A stretch of 64,000 bases of DNA from Lama glama (Eukaryota), in the NCBI GenBank assembly GCA_028534125.1, contig CM052818.1, positions 21,206,001 to 21,270,000 on the forward strand, written 5' to 3'. The position numbers and the translations under genes were made by a program. Numbering within the stretch: position 1 is the stretch's first letter; each line of letters starts with the position of its first letter. Shown piece by piece: positions 12,622 through 25,928 of this stretch. Under the pieces are notes generated by a model. It was not told the origin of the DNA. It searched no databases and saw only the letters and a list, made by a program, of their open reading frames with translations.

Positions 12622-13360
12622 TTTTTTTCCTTTTTTAGTAATTGAGTTTTATTGTAATCCAACAGTTTAAAAACAGAAAAAGCGGGGAGGGAAATAGCTC
12701 AGTATTAGAGCGCGTGCTTAGTATGCATGAGGTCCTGTATTCAATCCCCAGTACCGCCACTTAAAAAATAAGTAAAAATAAAAACAGAAAAGGTTTCTCT
12801 CTGGGAATCAAGGAGGTTGTGGAAACACAGAGATTACACAGTTTCCTAAGCTCCCTACCCACCTCCACCTCTTACACATGGTGAACATTTTTAAAAAGTC
12901 AGTTCCCCCTTAAAAATCAATAAGAGGAATCAACATGAGCATTGTTGATACATGAGCATGAGGGTATGAGCAGGCAGAGCACAAAGGAAAACTAGATAAG
13001 ATAAATAAGCATGAAAGATAGTCATCTTCACAGGTAAACAAACAAAGGCAAATTAAGAAGACTGGCTCTTGGATTTTGCCTGACAAATTAACACAGGTGT
13101 TTTTCTTTCATGAGATTAGTCTGACGACAATGGGACAGTGTGACAGGCACTCTCATATAGGACCTTATTTTTTAACAGGGCATCATTACAATAGTGGATG
13201 CAAATTCATATTTCAGGTAGCCTTGAACATTCTGACTGGTTTTTTTTTTTCGTCTGACCTTGCTTGACCTGATTAGGATGTCATTGTTTTTACCTCATAA
13301 CATGGCAGATGAAGTGTCACCAGATGAAGTGTCACTGAACAAGTTCCTACTTTGCCATTA
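12622..13360 (-). pseudogene. Probable retrocopied mRNA 3' UTR fragment, parent unknown
   Basis: Minus-strand poly(A) at 12636-12622 with AATAAA at 12653-12648; body is not a repeat I recognise. Confidence 0.4.
12684..12785 (+). mobile_element. vic-1-like SINE
   Basis: A and B boxes; TSD taaaaacagaaaa on both sides. Confidence 0.87.
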
Positions 13361-13382
13361 AAAACTATATATTTTACTAGAC

Positions 13383-14220
13383 TATTTTTTCAGAGCAGTT
13401 TTAGGTTCACAATAAAATTGAGCAGAAGGTACAGACATTTCTTGTGTATACTCTCTGCCCCCACACAGGCACAACCTCCCTCACTGACACATCATTATCG
13501 CCCAGAGTCCATTGTTTAGAGTTCACTTTTGGTGCCTTTACTTCATATGAGTTTGGACAAATGTATAATGATATGTGTCCACCATGATCTTATTATACAG
13601 CGTAGTTTCACGGCCCCCAAAATCCTCTGTGCTCCACCCGTTCATCCTTCCCGCTTCCTCCAGTCCCTGGCAATCACTGATCTTTTCACCGTTGCTATAG
13701 TTTTGCCTGTTCCAGAGTGTCACATAGATGCAATCATACAGTATGCAGCCATTTCAGATGTGCTTCTTTCACTTAGCAGTACGCAGTTAAGTTTACCCTA
13801 TGTCTTTTCGTGGCTTGCTAGCACATTTCTTTTTAGGACTAAATAATATTGCATTATCTGGCTGTACCACAGTTCATTTACACAGTCCAATCTTGAAGGA
13901 CATCTTAGTTGCTTCCAAGTTTTGGCAATTATGAATAAAGCTGCTATAAACATCTGTGTGCAGGTTTTTCTGTGGACATAAGTTTTCAACTCCTTTGGGT
14001 AAATACCAAAGAGCATGATAGTTGAATTAAATGGTAAGACTATGTTTAGTTTTGTAAGAAACTATCAAATTGTCTTCCAAAGTGGCTGTACCATCTTGCA
14101 TTTCCATCAGTAACAAATCGGAGTCCCCATTGCTCCACATCCTCATCAGTATTTGGTGTTGTCTGGGTTCTGGATTTTGGCTATTCTAGTTGGTGTGTAG
14201 TGGTACCTCGTTGTTTCCTA
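13383..14220 (-). mobile_element. Old L1 3' end (L1MC-like)
   Basis: Minus-strand translation GIYPKELKTYVHRKTCTQMFIAALFIIAKTWKQ. Confidence 0.88.
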
Positions 14221-14711
14221 TTCCCCCCCCCCATTGTTCTGCTTGTATTAATTGTTTAGTTTTTCAACCTCAAGATCATTCACAAATCTCTCTTGAGCTT
14301 CTTAACCATTTGGGCACAGAGCTTCCTTAAAACTAGACACGGTCGTCCTGGCACTCAAGCGCCTCGGTAGCACAGGAAGACAAATGATTGAGGGCCCTGA
14401 TGACAGTCCCTTTGCAAACACCTCCTCTTCCATTGGAGTATCTTGTGTACAGCAGGTGACATACGTCCACCAGAGACATGACCCGAAGTTGGGTACCAGC
14501 CTCGATCTATACCTGAAATACTAGTAAAGCTACATTTCAAATTGTATAGATTAAGTTAAAATATGAATGAAAGTTTTGTTATTTTCTTGTCTCACCCCAA
14601 AGGATTTTTTTGCGAATTGAATAGAAACTAGTTTGAATGAAGAAGAAGGACTAGATGTAGTAAGTGCAGAGCTAGCGGCAGGTATGGGAAAGCTAATTTC
14701 CATTCAGTAAG

Positions 14712-15257
14712 CATGGTAGTTTCAAAACAGGGTGGCACGCTTTTTTACAACTCTTCCACTGAGATGGGGCAGAGGCCGGGCCAGTGGGTATCGGTGCTTC
14801 CCTGGGTGGGCCTCAGATGACTTCCACAAATAGGATACCATGGCGGGGGCATTATGTGACTTCCAGGGGGTCATAAAAGGCCATGCGGCTTTCACCTTCA
14901 TCCCCGGAATACTCTTTCTTGGAGCGCTGAGCTTTCGTGCAAGAAGCCCAGTTTCCGTGAGGCCACGTGCTGGAACACACAGGGAGGTTCTAGTGGACAG
15001 GCCTGATGCAGCCGTCCAGCCATCCTGCCAAGGAGTCAGACATGCAAGAGCAGCTGCCCTGGACCCTCCAGACCAGCCCGTCGGCCAGCTAAAAGCCCCC
15101 ACAGGACCTCTGTCAATGCCACATGGAGCAGAAGAATCAACCAGGCAAGTGACCGCTGAGTTCCTGACGTACAAGCTGGTGAAACAGAAGGAGACAGTTG
15201 TTGTTTGAAGTCACTAAATTTGGGGGTAGTTGTTATGCAGCAGAGGATAACCAGACA
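14712..15257 (+). mobile_element. MaLR solo LTR (MLT1E/F-like)
   Basis: Ends gttgttgtttgaagtcactaaatttgggggtagttgttatgcagcagaggataaccagaca, an MLT1 3' terminus. Confidence 0.75.
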
Positions 15258-16229
15258 ATGAGGAAAGGATTTCCCACAAATCAGAGCTCCCAAACAGTGG
15301 AACAGGCTGCCCTGGGAGGGAGCGGTTGTGGGCAGTACTCGGTAAGGGGTACAAGCCGGACAAACGTGGCCAAGGGTGAACGGGAGAAGCTGTGTTGTCA
15401 GGGAAAAGTGCTGAGCCTGAAGTCAGACTGCACTAGTAGGTTCTGCCGCTGAGGAGCTGTACATCCTTGGGCAAGTCCCTGCACCTACATCTCTCACGAG
15501 GTTTAGTCAGCTTTGAAAGAGCTGTGAACACCATCTGCAACCTGGAAAGGGACTCAGCTTCCATCCGGTTGTCAAACTGCAACCTTGCGTTGAGTGAGCA
15601 GCTGACTTAGGTGAATTAACTCTGAGAATCTATGAAGGGAGAGGAGTCTGACTTCAAAGTAAGGCATAAACGTGTGTAAAAATGTGTGCTCCTGTGTAGG
15701 ACTTCTTGGTCAGGGTTGCATCTTTCCCAAGACTGCTCAGAGTTCAACCCAGGGCGTGTTCTCCTTGCTGCTCCCCCAGCCTCTGAGATGTGAGGGTGTC
15801 AGCCAGGCAAGCGGTCTCATTATTGGGTTAAAAATATAAGTAGATTTTGGAAGCTCTACATCTGGATGGCAGATCTCTCTACAAAGACACCTGTAGACAA
15901 GACAAGGGTGTGTTTGGGGAAAAGCCCCAGAATTTGAGGGTGTTGGAGCACATAGGGATGACTTGACCAGATTCCTCCTCAGGGTTCCAGGAGGTCTAAG
16001 ACAATAGCTATTACTGACTGTTTATGGAGCTCAGATAAAGAATCAGAACTGCTGCGGGAACTGGGAGGAGAGTGATATGGAGAGGGTTAGTTGGAGGTAG
16101 TTTGCTATCCTAAGGGATATCAAAGCCCCAAATACTGAGAAGGGGAGTCCCAGGTGGAGACTTTCATTTCTGGTCTGCAAACTCTGAGCAAACTTCCCTG
16201 GCGGTAGAGGCGCCGAAGATTAAGTTATG

Positions 16230-16243
16230 GTGCCACCTGCTGG
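16230..16243 (-). promoter_or_regulatory. CTCF core motif, reverse orientation
   Basis: GTGCCACCTGCTGG is the reverse complement of CCAGCAGGTGGCAC, an exact fit to CCASYAGRKGGCRS. Confidence 0.65.
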
Positions 16244-17169
16244 AGAAATGTAGGCTTAATTCCCTTTGCTTGCAGGTTCTGTTCCTCCCTGCGTTTCACC
16301 CTTAAAGCTCAGCCCTACAGAGACCCAAGACCTCCAAGGGAGCCACATCCCAGCCAGGTGAAAAGCTACTGTTCTGCTTATCAATACGCCTTCAGCTTTT
16401 CAAAGCCTAGGCTCATGGGGCTGGAGAATTGGGATCCACTCCTTCCCTAAGGAGATGGGGAGGGATGGACATGCCCATGTCCCTTAAAAAGGTAGGGCTG
16501 GAGGAGATATGGGTCCCCTGAGGTTGCCCCAGCCGCAGATCAGCAGCCCTCCCTGCCAGCCCACCACGGCAAGGGCCCTCTTCCCAGAGTTTGCAGGAAG
16601 GGTGCCACCGTGGCTCTGAGGGAAGAGACACCAGCTGGTGAGAGATGAAATGCCTTTACCAGCACAGGATCCAAAATCAGTGGTACCAACACTGACAAAT
16701 TAGCAAGTGCCCCGTTCTGTGTGGACCGAGTCTAAAAGGCTTCGTAATGACCCAGTAATGGCCAGGAGATGCCTTGAAAACGTCTCCCTCCTCCAGGGAT
16801 GATGAGAAAGCTATTGAGGGGGTCTGATTATTTCCTAGTGCTAATAAAAGTGCTAAGAAGCCAAGCAAGTGTTCTCACTTTTACGGAGGTACTTAGAAGG
16901 CCGATTATTTTTTACACACATAAAGAAGTGACACCTTAGGCGCTGTCCCTGTAGCTGTATTTTATCCTGCACTTGTGACAGAAGCTGCTTTGTAGCACTG
17001 CATTATGCATTCACAAGAATCCTGGGGGTTTAAACTCCACACCACCAGTCCCCCTCAGGTTAAGGGTTGGTCTGGAGGAAGCAGAGAGAGAACACAGAGG
17101 GTGACTGATCATGGCTTAGGGGCCACTGGCCCTGCAGTCCACTTCAGAAATTGTATCTCACCTTGCTCA

Positions 17170-17340
17170 AAGACAGGAGTTCTCAGACTTGAGCACACAG
17201 CAGAACCACCTGAAGGCTGGCTCCAACTCAGACTGACGGACCCCACCCCGGAGTTTCTGATTCACTAAATGTTCAGGGGGGCAGGGTGGGGGGACTTATA
17301 TCTCCAATAGGTCCCCAGGTGAAAAGCACTGATCTAAAAT
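17170..17340. mobile_element. MER5-like hAT MITE relic
   Basis: caggagttctcagacttgagc..cagaaccacctgaagg..ccccaccccggagtttctgattca. Confidence 0.6.
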
Positions 17341-17790
17341 GAGCGTTTCAAGCTTGGAATCCACAGATACCCACACTCCCTCCCTCCCTCCCTCCCCACC
17401 AAGAGATTAAGGGGTCTTTGACTTCGGGGGGGAAAAAATGACATCTTTATCTTCACTAACTTCTAACTGAAATTTAGCTTTTTCTTCAATTAGGAACATA
17501 GGCACCCAACCGCAGGAGGGCCAGCAATGATAGCTGATACCTTCAACCCCATCACAGGCGGAGCAAGTATCATCCGTGCACATCCCTGCCTCAAACACCA
17601 GTAGTTGTTAGTCCTGCCAGTAGATCTTATTATTTAATCCATTAATGGAGACGTACATATATTACTACATTGCTACTTTTTAAAAAATATTTTGATAACT
17701 GTATTTCAAGATGATTGGTTTCCTTTGCAGTCCTCTGTATTTTCTTTTAGGCATTTGAAACGTTGTTCGGGCTGCTGAGGGAGGAGGGGG
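17340..17790. mobile_element. hAT-Charlie-type DNA transposon relic
   Basis: acatctttatcttcactaacttctaactgaaatttagc..aaatattttgataactgtatttcaa. Confidence 0.45.
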
Positions 17791-17810
17791 GAAGGGAGGT
17801 GAGATCTACA

Positions 17811-17815
17811 GCGCG

Positions 17816-17867
<52 letters not shown>
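17811..17867. repeat. Compound (GC)n(AC)n microsatellite, Z-DNA prone
   Basis: Direct reading; uninterrupted purine-pyrimidine alternation. Confidence 0.95.
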
Positions 17868-17869
<2 letters not shown>

Positions 17870-19576
17870 GAAAACCTTGTTCTTAGGGGGCGAAATTCAT
17901 TCTCAAGAATTCAGAGCTTCCTTCCAGGGGAAAGTCTGAGAGGAGTGAGGTCAGTGCTTGGAAGGGCAAGGAGGCAGGCGGACCGGGAGGCGGCGTTCAG
18001 ACAGGATGGCGAGGTTGTTTGCACCACGGTACTGAGGGCAGAGCTGGGAAAGTCCATTTGTGCTATGCTGTTCACACTCTGGTTAGAGCGGGCCTCTTAG
18101 CACATCACCAGCTCAGGGTGGAACAAGCAGTGGCAGCAGCAGTAATGATGTAAATCATCATCTATCAGGAGCCATATGGTTTCTTAAGGACTTAAGTGTG
18201 TGATATATGTGCTTTCTCTGGGAGATATGACAGTGGTCATAATCTGATGAAGTGCACAGATGGGGAGGCCATCCACTCAGTAACTGGGGGAGATGAAGCT
18301 GGTGTCCGACTCCAGTCCTGCACTTTGTAGCCAGTTGCAGGAACGGGCCTAAGTGTGTGTGTTTACAGAGGTGGCAGTTGGGAAATTTACCCTCATCATG
18401 AAATAACTTCTTTATCCCTCCTGTCACTGTGGTCCCCAGATCCAGACCCAAAGTTTCACTGTATGTGGCATCAAGGAAGGAACCTGGGGTCTTGAGTCAC
18501 ATAGACTTGAGTTCCATGCTGATTATGTCACTGTGAACTTGGGTGGGTGATTCACTTGGCCTCTCTGACCCTCGGTCTCTTCATCTGTGAAATGAGTATA
18601 TCTACTTCGCATGGTTGTTGGCACACACTAGGTGCTTAAAAAACGCCAACCTTCATCGCTATTTACACCTACCCCTGCTCCAGTGGCCATACACCATCCC
18701 CCTCCCGCGGCTCCCCTGTCAATCCTTGTCATTTCTTCCTGGTCATGCCTCTTCCCTCCTCTTCCTCTTCACCCCAGCCTGCTCAGTCTCCTTCCATGCA
18801 AAGCCCAGTACTGTGCATTTGTGAGCAGCTTTGCAAAAGAGAGCCTGGCTGTGCCTCCTTTGAAGCTCATGAGGGGCAGAGTGGTTGCTACGGCTGCCTG
18901 AGAAGAGGAGTCAGTGCCTCGTCAGAGGAAAGAGACGGTTTCATACCGTTTTCCCCAGAAGAGTTCTTTCCAGCATATTTCTTAGCCAAAAATGGCCTGG
19001 GACTTGCTTTGATTTCATTTTTTCCCCTCTTCTGTGTGTGTTGAGACAAGTTTTCCAAACCCGTGGCTTTGAGTACAGCCCCTCCACCTCCACGTCACCC
19101 CCTCCTCAACCCACCCACTCTTGTCGGCTCCAGAGAAACACACTGAAGCTTTGTTGAAGAACTGGGAGGAACTGGCAACATCAAGCCCTCAATGTCCTGC
19201 ATTCCAACGTTTTAATCCTCTTATTTGCTCTCTGTCCTTAGGCAAGTCCCCTATCCTTTCTGGGCCTGGAATCAACCCATCCCCTGGAGGGGAGAGACGG
19301 TCGCTCCATTTCCCTTAGTGCTCTTAGAGGGGTGATGGAGGGCTGAGTTAAAGTTTAGAGAGAAAGAAGTCTCCATTGCTAAACTCAAGGGTCACAGTGC
19401 TTTCCCACAGCCTCTTTCCCATCCATCCATCCACTCTCGACGCCTGCCCTAGAAAGAAACGGAGGACGTGACCCTTAGGTCCTTGGTACGGGAGAGACAG
19501 ACTTATGAACAGAAATTACAGCACGTTGTGCTAGTACTTACCTGTCCAGGATTCATGTCAAAACACTCCAGGTGCT

Positions 19577-19720
19577 GGGGGGAGGGTATAGCTCAGTGGT
19601 AGAGCACATGCTTAGCATGCACAAGGTCCTGGGTTCAACCCCTAGTACCGCCATTAAATAAATAAATAAATAAACCTAATTATGCCCCCCTCCCCTACAA
19701 AAAAAAATTTTTTTAAATAA
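19577..19720 (+). mobile_element. vic-1-like SINE, near full length
   Basis: ggggagggtatagctcagtggtagagcacatgcttagcatgcacaaggtcctgggttcaacccc, (taaa)n, C-rich block, A tail. Confidence 0.92.
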
Positions 19721-21164
19721 AACCCTGGAGTGGGGTAGCCAGGCTGAGAGGTGGATTGCACGCTGGCTGAACATGGTAGGTGGAGAGAAAGGGAAACCAT
19801 GGGGCTGACTCCACATATTGGGGGATAATGTGCCACTTACCAAACTGGCAGATTTGGGAAGAGAAGCAGGTTTGCAACAAAGGATGAGGAAAAAAATCCA
19901 TGTGGAGGTAGATGCGCCAGGTATTAGGAGTAGGAAGTTAGAGCTAGAAGCCTGTAACACAAGTGCACCGGAACCCAGGGCCTCCCAAGGCCTTCCTGAG
20001 GGAAGAATGTGCCTGAGGATAATTATAGACAAGGCAAAGGTAATAGCTCAAAGAATCATAATAATCGCCATTTATTGAGCATCTGCTAAGCTCTGAGAAC
20101 TTGCTCAGGATTTTGCTTTGTTATTTAATCCTTGTAACAAACCCACAAAATGGGAAGGAAGAGCTCTTCAGGAGGGAGTCCAGAAATGCTGCGGGCTGGC
20201 TTTGGTGGTGGTTGTTCCTCAGGCATCGGGGGTGTTCAGACAGAGGCTGGTAAGGTCAAGAGGATTTGGGACTGGAAGAGGGAATGGAGAAAATGACCTT
20301 ATACCTCCCCTAATCTGGAGCTTCTGATTCTGTCAAATGGGTGTCAAAATAAGAGACATGATTTGAGAAAGACACGTCACCCCAAATCTCTCCTGTCCAT
20401 TGCTAGTGCCTGAAATTCTTTCATTGCAGGGTAGTTGCTTTGGGTTAAGGCACTGTCCCTTGCAAAATGATGGACGCCCTAGTTGGTGTTTCACAGAGTC
20501 ATCAGAGCCCTTGTGAAGGTTCTGATAGCGGAAGGTAGGAAGATGAGGATGGGGGCATTTGCATTACATCACCACTTTTTAGGGAGTGAAAAAGCCTTAA
20601 TGTGTTTTTAAAGAAAGCCAAGTATACACTCAGTACTGGAGTGGATATACAAATTGCATGTTTGAGGGGTTTTTTTTCCATTTTAATCACTTTTATTGAT
20701 TTGTTCTTTCAGTTCTCACTCAGTTAAAAACAAGACACATTAAATATATCCTCTTACTGTTCTATAAAGGCACGCAGCTCAGCTCGTATATCAAAAGTAA
20801 TGAATACGGTGATAAAATACCAAGACGATTTTAAATGTGACAGCCCAGCCTCAAACACAGTACTTAACAGTCCCATCTAGGACAATAACCCACCGCAATG
20901 CATAAAGTTGCCTCATATGACAACAGGTTGCACATATATCCACCCCGGCACCGGGCTTGTGCTTGATATTCTTTAAAAACACAGTAGAGCTCTTTAATTC
21001 CCTAAAAAGAATTGACATAATGCAAAACAGTGCAAGTTATAGTGTCAGTGAAGAACGAGGTTCCCGCCCTGCCCTGGGGGAATTCTCCACTTGAAAGGAA
21101 CATAGTGTGTATTATAGGGGAAGCGGGAAGAGCCCTTTGGGCAGCATGTAAAATACGCACTCTG

Positions 21165-21716
21165 GACTCGAACAGATACATGTTCGAGGAATGTTCATAG
21201 CAGCATCATTCATAAAAACCAAAAGGTGGAAACAACCCAGGTGTCAGTCAATGGATGAATGGGTCAACAAAATGTGATATATCCATGCAATGGATACAAT
21301 GAATGTTGTAATCCAGACTTAAGGAGGAATGAAATTCTGATACATGTTACAACATAGATGACCTTGAGACATGATGCTAAGTGAAATAAGCCAGTCACAA
21401 AAGGACAAATACTGTGTGATCCCACTTATAGGAAGGACCAACAGTATTCAAATTCACAGAGACACAAAGTAGAATCATGGTTGCCAGAGACACAAAGTAG
21501 AATCGTGGTTGCCAGGGAAAGCACTGAAGGAGGAATGGCGAGTTATTGTTTAATGGATACAGAGATTCAGTTGGGGAAGATGACAAAGCTCTGGAGACGG
21601 ATGGCGGTGATGGCTAATACAACATTGTGAGTGTACTTACTGTCCCTGAACTGTACACCTAAAAATGATTAAAATGGTTAAGTTTATGTTATGCATATTT
21701 TACCACAATAAAAAAA
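21165..21716 (+). mobile_element. 5'-truncated L1 (L1MB-like 3' end) with 15-bp TSD
   Basis: L1M 3' UTR motifs; aaaatacgcactctg at 21150-21164 and 21713-21727. Confidence 0.88.
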
Positions 21717-24329
21717 TACGCACTCTGCAGTTTGGGGTTCAGACAGGCTCAGTGAGGAAAGCTGTGGGTTCTGTTTCCAAAGACACAGCCTCCTAACCCT
21801 TTGCCATGGACACCTGTCCACTGCCCGCACAATGGCTGGGCTGGGGGCTGGGACCCAGGACTTGCATTGATGAGAAAAGAGGTAATAGGGCTTAGGGGAA
21901 CCCAGCAAGGAGTTCCAGGACAAGCACTTGGTGGGTGAGAGTTTTCGAGTGCCAGGGGCTGGGAGGAGACCCCTGGAAGCCTTGCTCAGCTCTGTGCACA
22001 AGGCCCAGGGTGATATTAACCTGGCCGGAGTGTGGCTGAATGGAACATGGATGGAGCTGACAGGTGCCTGAGGGGACAGCAGGGGCTGCTGGAGGAGGGG
22101 CGGGAAGCTCACTGAGGACAACAGTCCTGAAAGTAACCTTTCCTTAGGGAGGGTGGCATCCTGTGGACAGCAGGAGTTCCAGAATTCCTGTGGAGGAGGG
22201 GCTTGGAGCAAGCGCTCTTTTGGTACCTTGATAGTAGCATTATTCAGTGCCCTGCTGTCACTGGACGGGGCCGCAGGCTTTGGCCCATGACCCACGGAGG
22301 AGACAGCAGGGAGACCGCTTCTGAGCCAGTGCAAGGAAGAACTGTCTAGGACAACTAGAGATGGATCGGCTACCTTGGGAGGTGGTGAATTCCCCGTCAC
22401 CAGGGCTGTTTTCAGATAAGCTGTCCTCTGCAGGCTGAGGCCCAAATTCCTTGTACACTGGGCTGCTTGGTTTGGAGAGGGGGCCGGAGATCCCCAAAAG
22501 AGGAGGTATTGTCTAAGAGAGTGGCTGCGGCTTTTTCAGAGGAAGCCACTAATCCTCGCAGGGAGCCTTTCTGGCCCAGGGCACTAGATAATCCCAACTG
22601 CCATCCTGGGGTTTCCTTTCATCGCAGTGACTGGCGCAAGGGGCAGGGCGGCGGAGCTGTTCCTGACACTTCCTGGCAACAGTGCTGGGCGGGGGCAGAC
22701 AGTCTGGCTCCCTGGGCCTTTGCCCTAAATCCTGGGTCGGGAGAGACTGGCAGGAGGATGGCGAAGAGAGAGAGAGAGGAAATGTCACCCTGGCCCTCTC
22801 GAAGGACCACCTCAGAATGTAAGAGCCAGTGGCCCCAGGCTGGCCTGTGGGGGCAGGAGAGGACCCGGCTCCCTGGATGTGGCTGGGACAGGGGTGCAGC
22901 CTATTTCACAGGCAGTATGGGTCTTGAACCAAATGAAATTAAATGGTTTTGCTTTCAGCAGCTTCCAACCTTTGGACTCTACAGAAAGAGCTGCATTTTT
23001 AGGAGTTTTTGGTGAAAACATGTTGTCCAAAGACTTAGATGCTACTCCGTGGTGGAACTGGCTGGTTCGGCAAGGGAATCCTTTGGGTCAGAGGGAAGTT
23101 TCTGGCACTTTTCCACCTCTTCCCTCTGCGTGTCCCACCTGGGAGCCCATTTGGCCTACAGAACAGACACTGGACTGCCAGCCAGCACTTCCCAGGGAGG
23201 AAGGTGTGTGTACACTTGAGGGTCCCAAATTGAGCCGTGCATCACCTCCGAGGTGGGTTCAAAATACTGACTCTTGTCTGTCAAGATCCCTTGTCTCTGA
23301 GGCTCACCTCTAGTAAAAACACAGGGTTTCACAGCGAATGGGTAGACCTAGGAACCAGAGCTGGGAAGGCTGATCACCTTCCCTGCTGGAGTTTTTGCTC
23401 TGCAGGGTTAAGGATCAGGTGGTCCTCAGAGGACCTGAGAGTGCCTGGGCTCTCGAGCATCCCACACTGACAGTTACCGTGCGCTGTGCCAGCTCCTGAG
23501 GGTGTGGAGATGGGAGAGACAGAGCACACAGCTTCATGGGGCAGCCAGCGAACTGTCTGATGACTTACCCAATTGAGCCACCACTCCTGGGCCCAGCATA
23601 CAACCACACACCAGCCAAGCTCCAGGGCAGTCCCAGTGGGGAATCAGTGACTCTCCAGCGACCCTCCTCCATCCTCCCCCAGAAACTTCACCCTGCGTTC
23701 TTTCAGCAGCTCCTCTGGGTCTGCAACAGTCTGAGCCTCTGTGGTTGGGTCACCTTCCAAACTGATGAGTGTTTAGAGAACCCAGAAGGAGCTGTTTTCT
23801 CCAAGTAGCAGGAAGACATCAAGGATACACAGGTCTACCTCATTCATAACTCTGGTGGGCATGCCAGAGGACTCGCTCCCCAGTTCAGAGGTGAAGGTCA
23901 AAGGTGGCCCATTTTGAGAGCCTTAGCATGACTAGGGTTGCGTCCTGACTGCATGTTCCCCACAGTAGGGAAGGGAAGGGAGTTAGAAAGGATCAAAGGG
24001 CCCCCGTCCCTAAACTTGGGCCCATTTCTTGGGGCTGATTAGAAGGGCAGCATTACTTGAATCTGGTGGTTGCAAATCAAAGATCTGTCTCCATCAAATT
24101 CTGATTGATTACAGATTCTTATTAATGGTGATTTGATTCACCAAGAGCCCATTTCCCAACGTGGTTCTCCACCTCCCTCCTCTCCCGGAATGCTGACCTA
24201 ATGCCACTCATACCACGATCCAGATTGCTACCATTTGCTGAGTTCTTCACATGTGCCAAGCTCTGCAAAACCCTGCACCCACAATGCTTGGTGTTCATCA
24301 CAGTAGTCTCCTTCTTCGGTGCACTTCTT

Positions 24330-25300
24330 TGATTTCCAGGACAAGCCTCTCTTGGTTTTGCTTTCCGATGTCTCCAGTCACTCCTTCTCAGCCTCTTTCT
24401 TTCTTTCTTTCTTTCTTTTTTTGCTGGTTCTCTCTTCTCCCTGACCCATAAGAATTGGAGTGTTCAGGACATCTTACTCCTTTCTTTCCTTCCATCGGCT
24501 CTTTTCCTTGATGAGGTCATCCCACCCTATAGCTTTAAACACCATCTATATATAATATGCCAACAACTCCAACCCCACCCCCACCCCAGCTTCCCTTGAA
24601 CTACTCATATATCCAACTGCCTGCTCCACTTCTTTACCTGGAAGGTTCATAGACCCTCCAACTCAGCGTGTCCAAACTGAACTCCTGATTGCCCCCCTCT
24701 CCACCCCAAACAGGCTCCACCTGCAGCCTTCCCAGTCCCTGTGAATGGCACCTCTCACCCTCCAGGTATTCGGGAACTTCCTAGGGTTCCCATTGCCCTC
24801 GAGCACAAGCCAAGTCTTCACAGTGGCTGTACGGCCTCACCCAGCATCACTTCTCTCCACATGCTCCCCTCTCGAGTCCCACTGGCCTCCTGGCTGTCAC
24901 TTCAACACAGCAGACAGGCCTTTCAGCCTCAACATAGCTGTGCTCTCTTCTTGGAACTCATTTCTTCCCCATGATGACTTGGCTCCCCTCCTTCAAGTTG
25001 GCTCACACCTCACTTTATCACCGAGGCTTAAGCTGACAACCCTGCTTTTTGGCCACAACTTGCCCCCACCCCACCCTTCCTGGTTTCCTTCCTTTCTCCT
25101 ACATTTTGTTGTTCCGATAGCCTTTGTTACCTTCAAACACACTGTATGTTTTTCTTATTTGTAATATTTCCTTTTTATTGTCCATCTCCCCCGACCTGAG
25201 GACATAGATCCTTGACTCTTTTGTGCACAGATACAGCCCAAGCTCCTGGAACAATGCCTGGTGCGCAGGAGACGCACAGTGAGCACTGTTGAAGAGCCAA
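24330..25300 (+). mobile_element. L2 LINE 3' relic
   Basis: tttaaacaccatcta..atatccaactgcctgc..gtccaaactgaactcctg..gaacaatgcctgg. Confidence 0.75.
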
Positions 25301-25928
25301 CATAAGCTGAATCTCCTTCAGGCCAATGTGAAGAACTCCATAAGCTGCATATCAAACAAACGAAAATGTTACTGTACCCACATTAAAGTCCTGCTTAAGA
25401 TTTTAGGTCCGGAGAATCTTTACACATTTAATTCATGGTTGGCTTGGGGGTCATGTCTCAGTCCTGGAGCATACTTGGGAAATCTGGGGATGTGGGAGAC
25501 TCTAAATGTGGTTTCAAGCTTTTATGACTATTAAATGAATGAACTTTGAATCTATTAATAAAATCTGTGTTTGTGACTTTTGCAGTTTTCTTTTCATATT
25601 TCGAAGCCAGCAGGTTTTTCCTAAGATCTGAAACACTGTCACAGGTGCCAGACTGTGCAACCCTGGTGCCCACAGAAAAAAATGGTCTGGTGTTGTCGGT
25701 GATGGAGCTGAAGAGTGGACCAGTCCTGCTGCTGAGGTGGCAGTCATATAACTGATTGGTGAGATGCCTGCCATCCTGAGGAGCCTTCTGATTTCTGAAT
25801 AACTCACTCTCCAGCCTCCAGGAGGCCCTCCAGGCAGCTTTCCCCAGGTTCTCAGAAGTCCAGCCTCATCATCAAGCCTCTTCTCACATTTATTTCCACA
25901 TGTGTCTATACTGGGAATGCTGGTTTCT

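Noticed and set aside
19577..19655. tRNA genes at the A/B-box elements
   Set aside because: All have A-rich tails, TSDs and degenerate stems, so they are SINEs.
21684..22445. 253-aa ORF
   Set aside because: No homology evident, ends in an L1 tail, non-ATG start.
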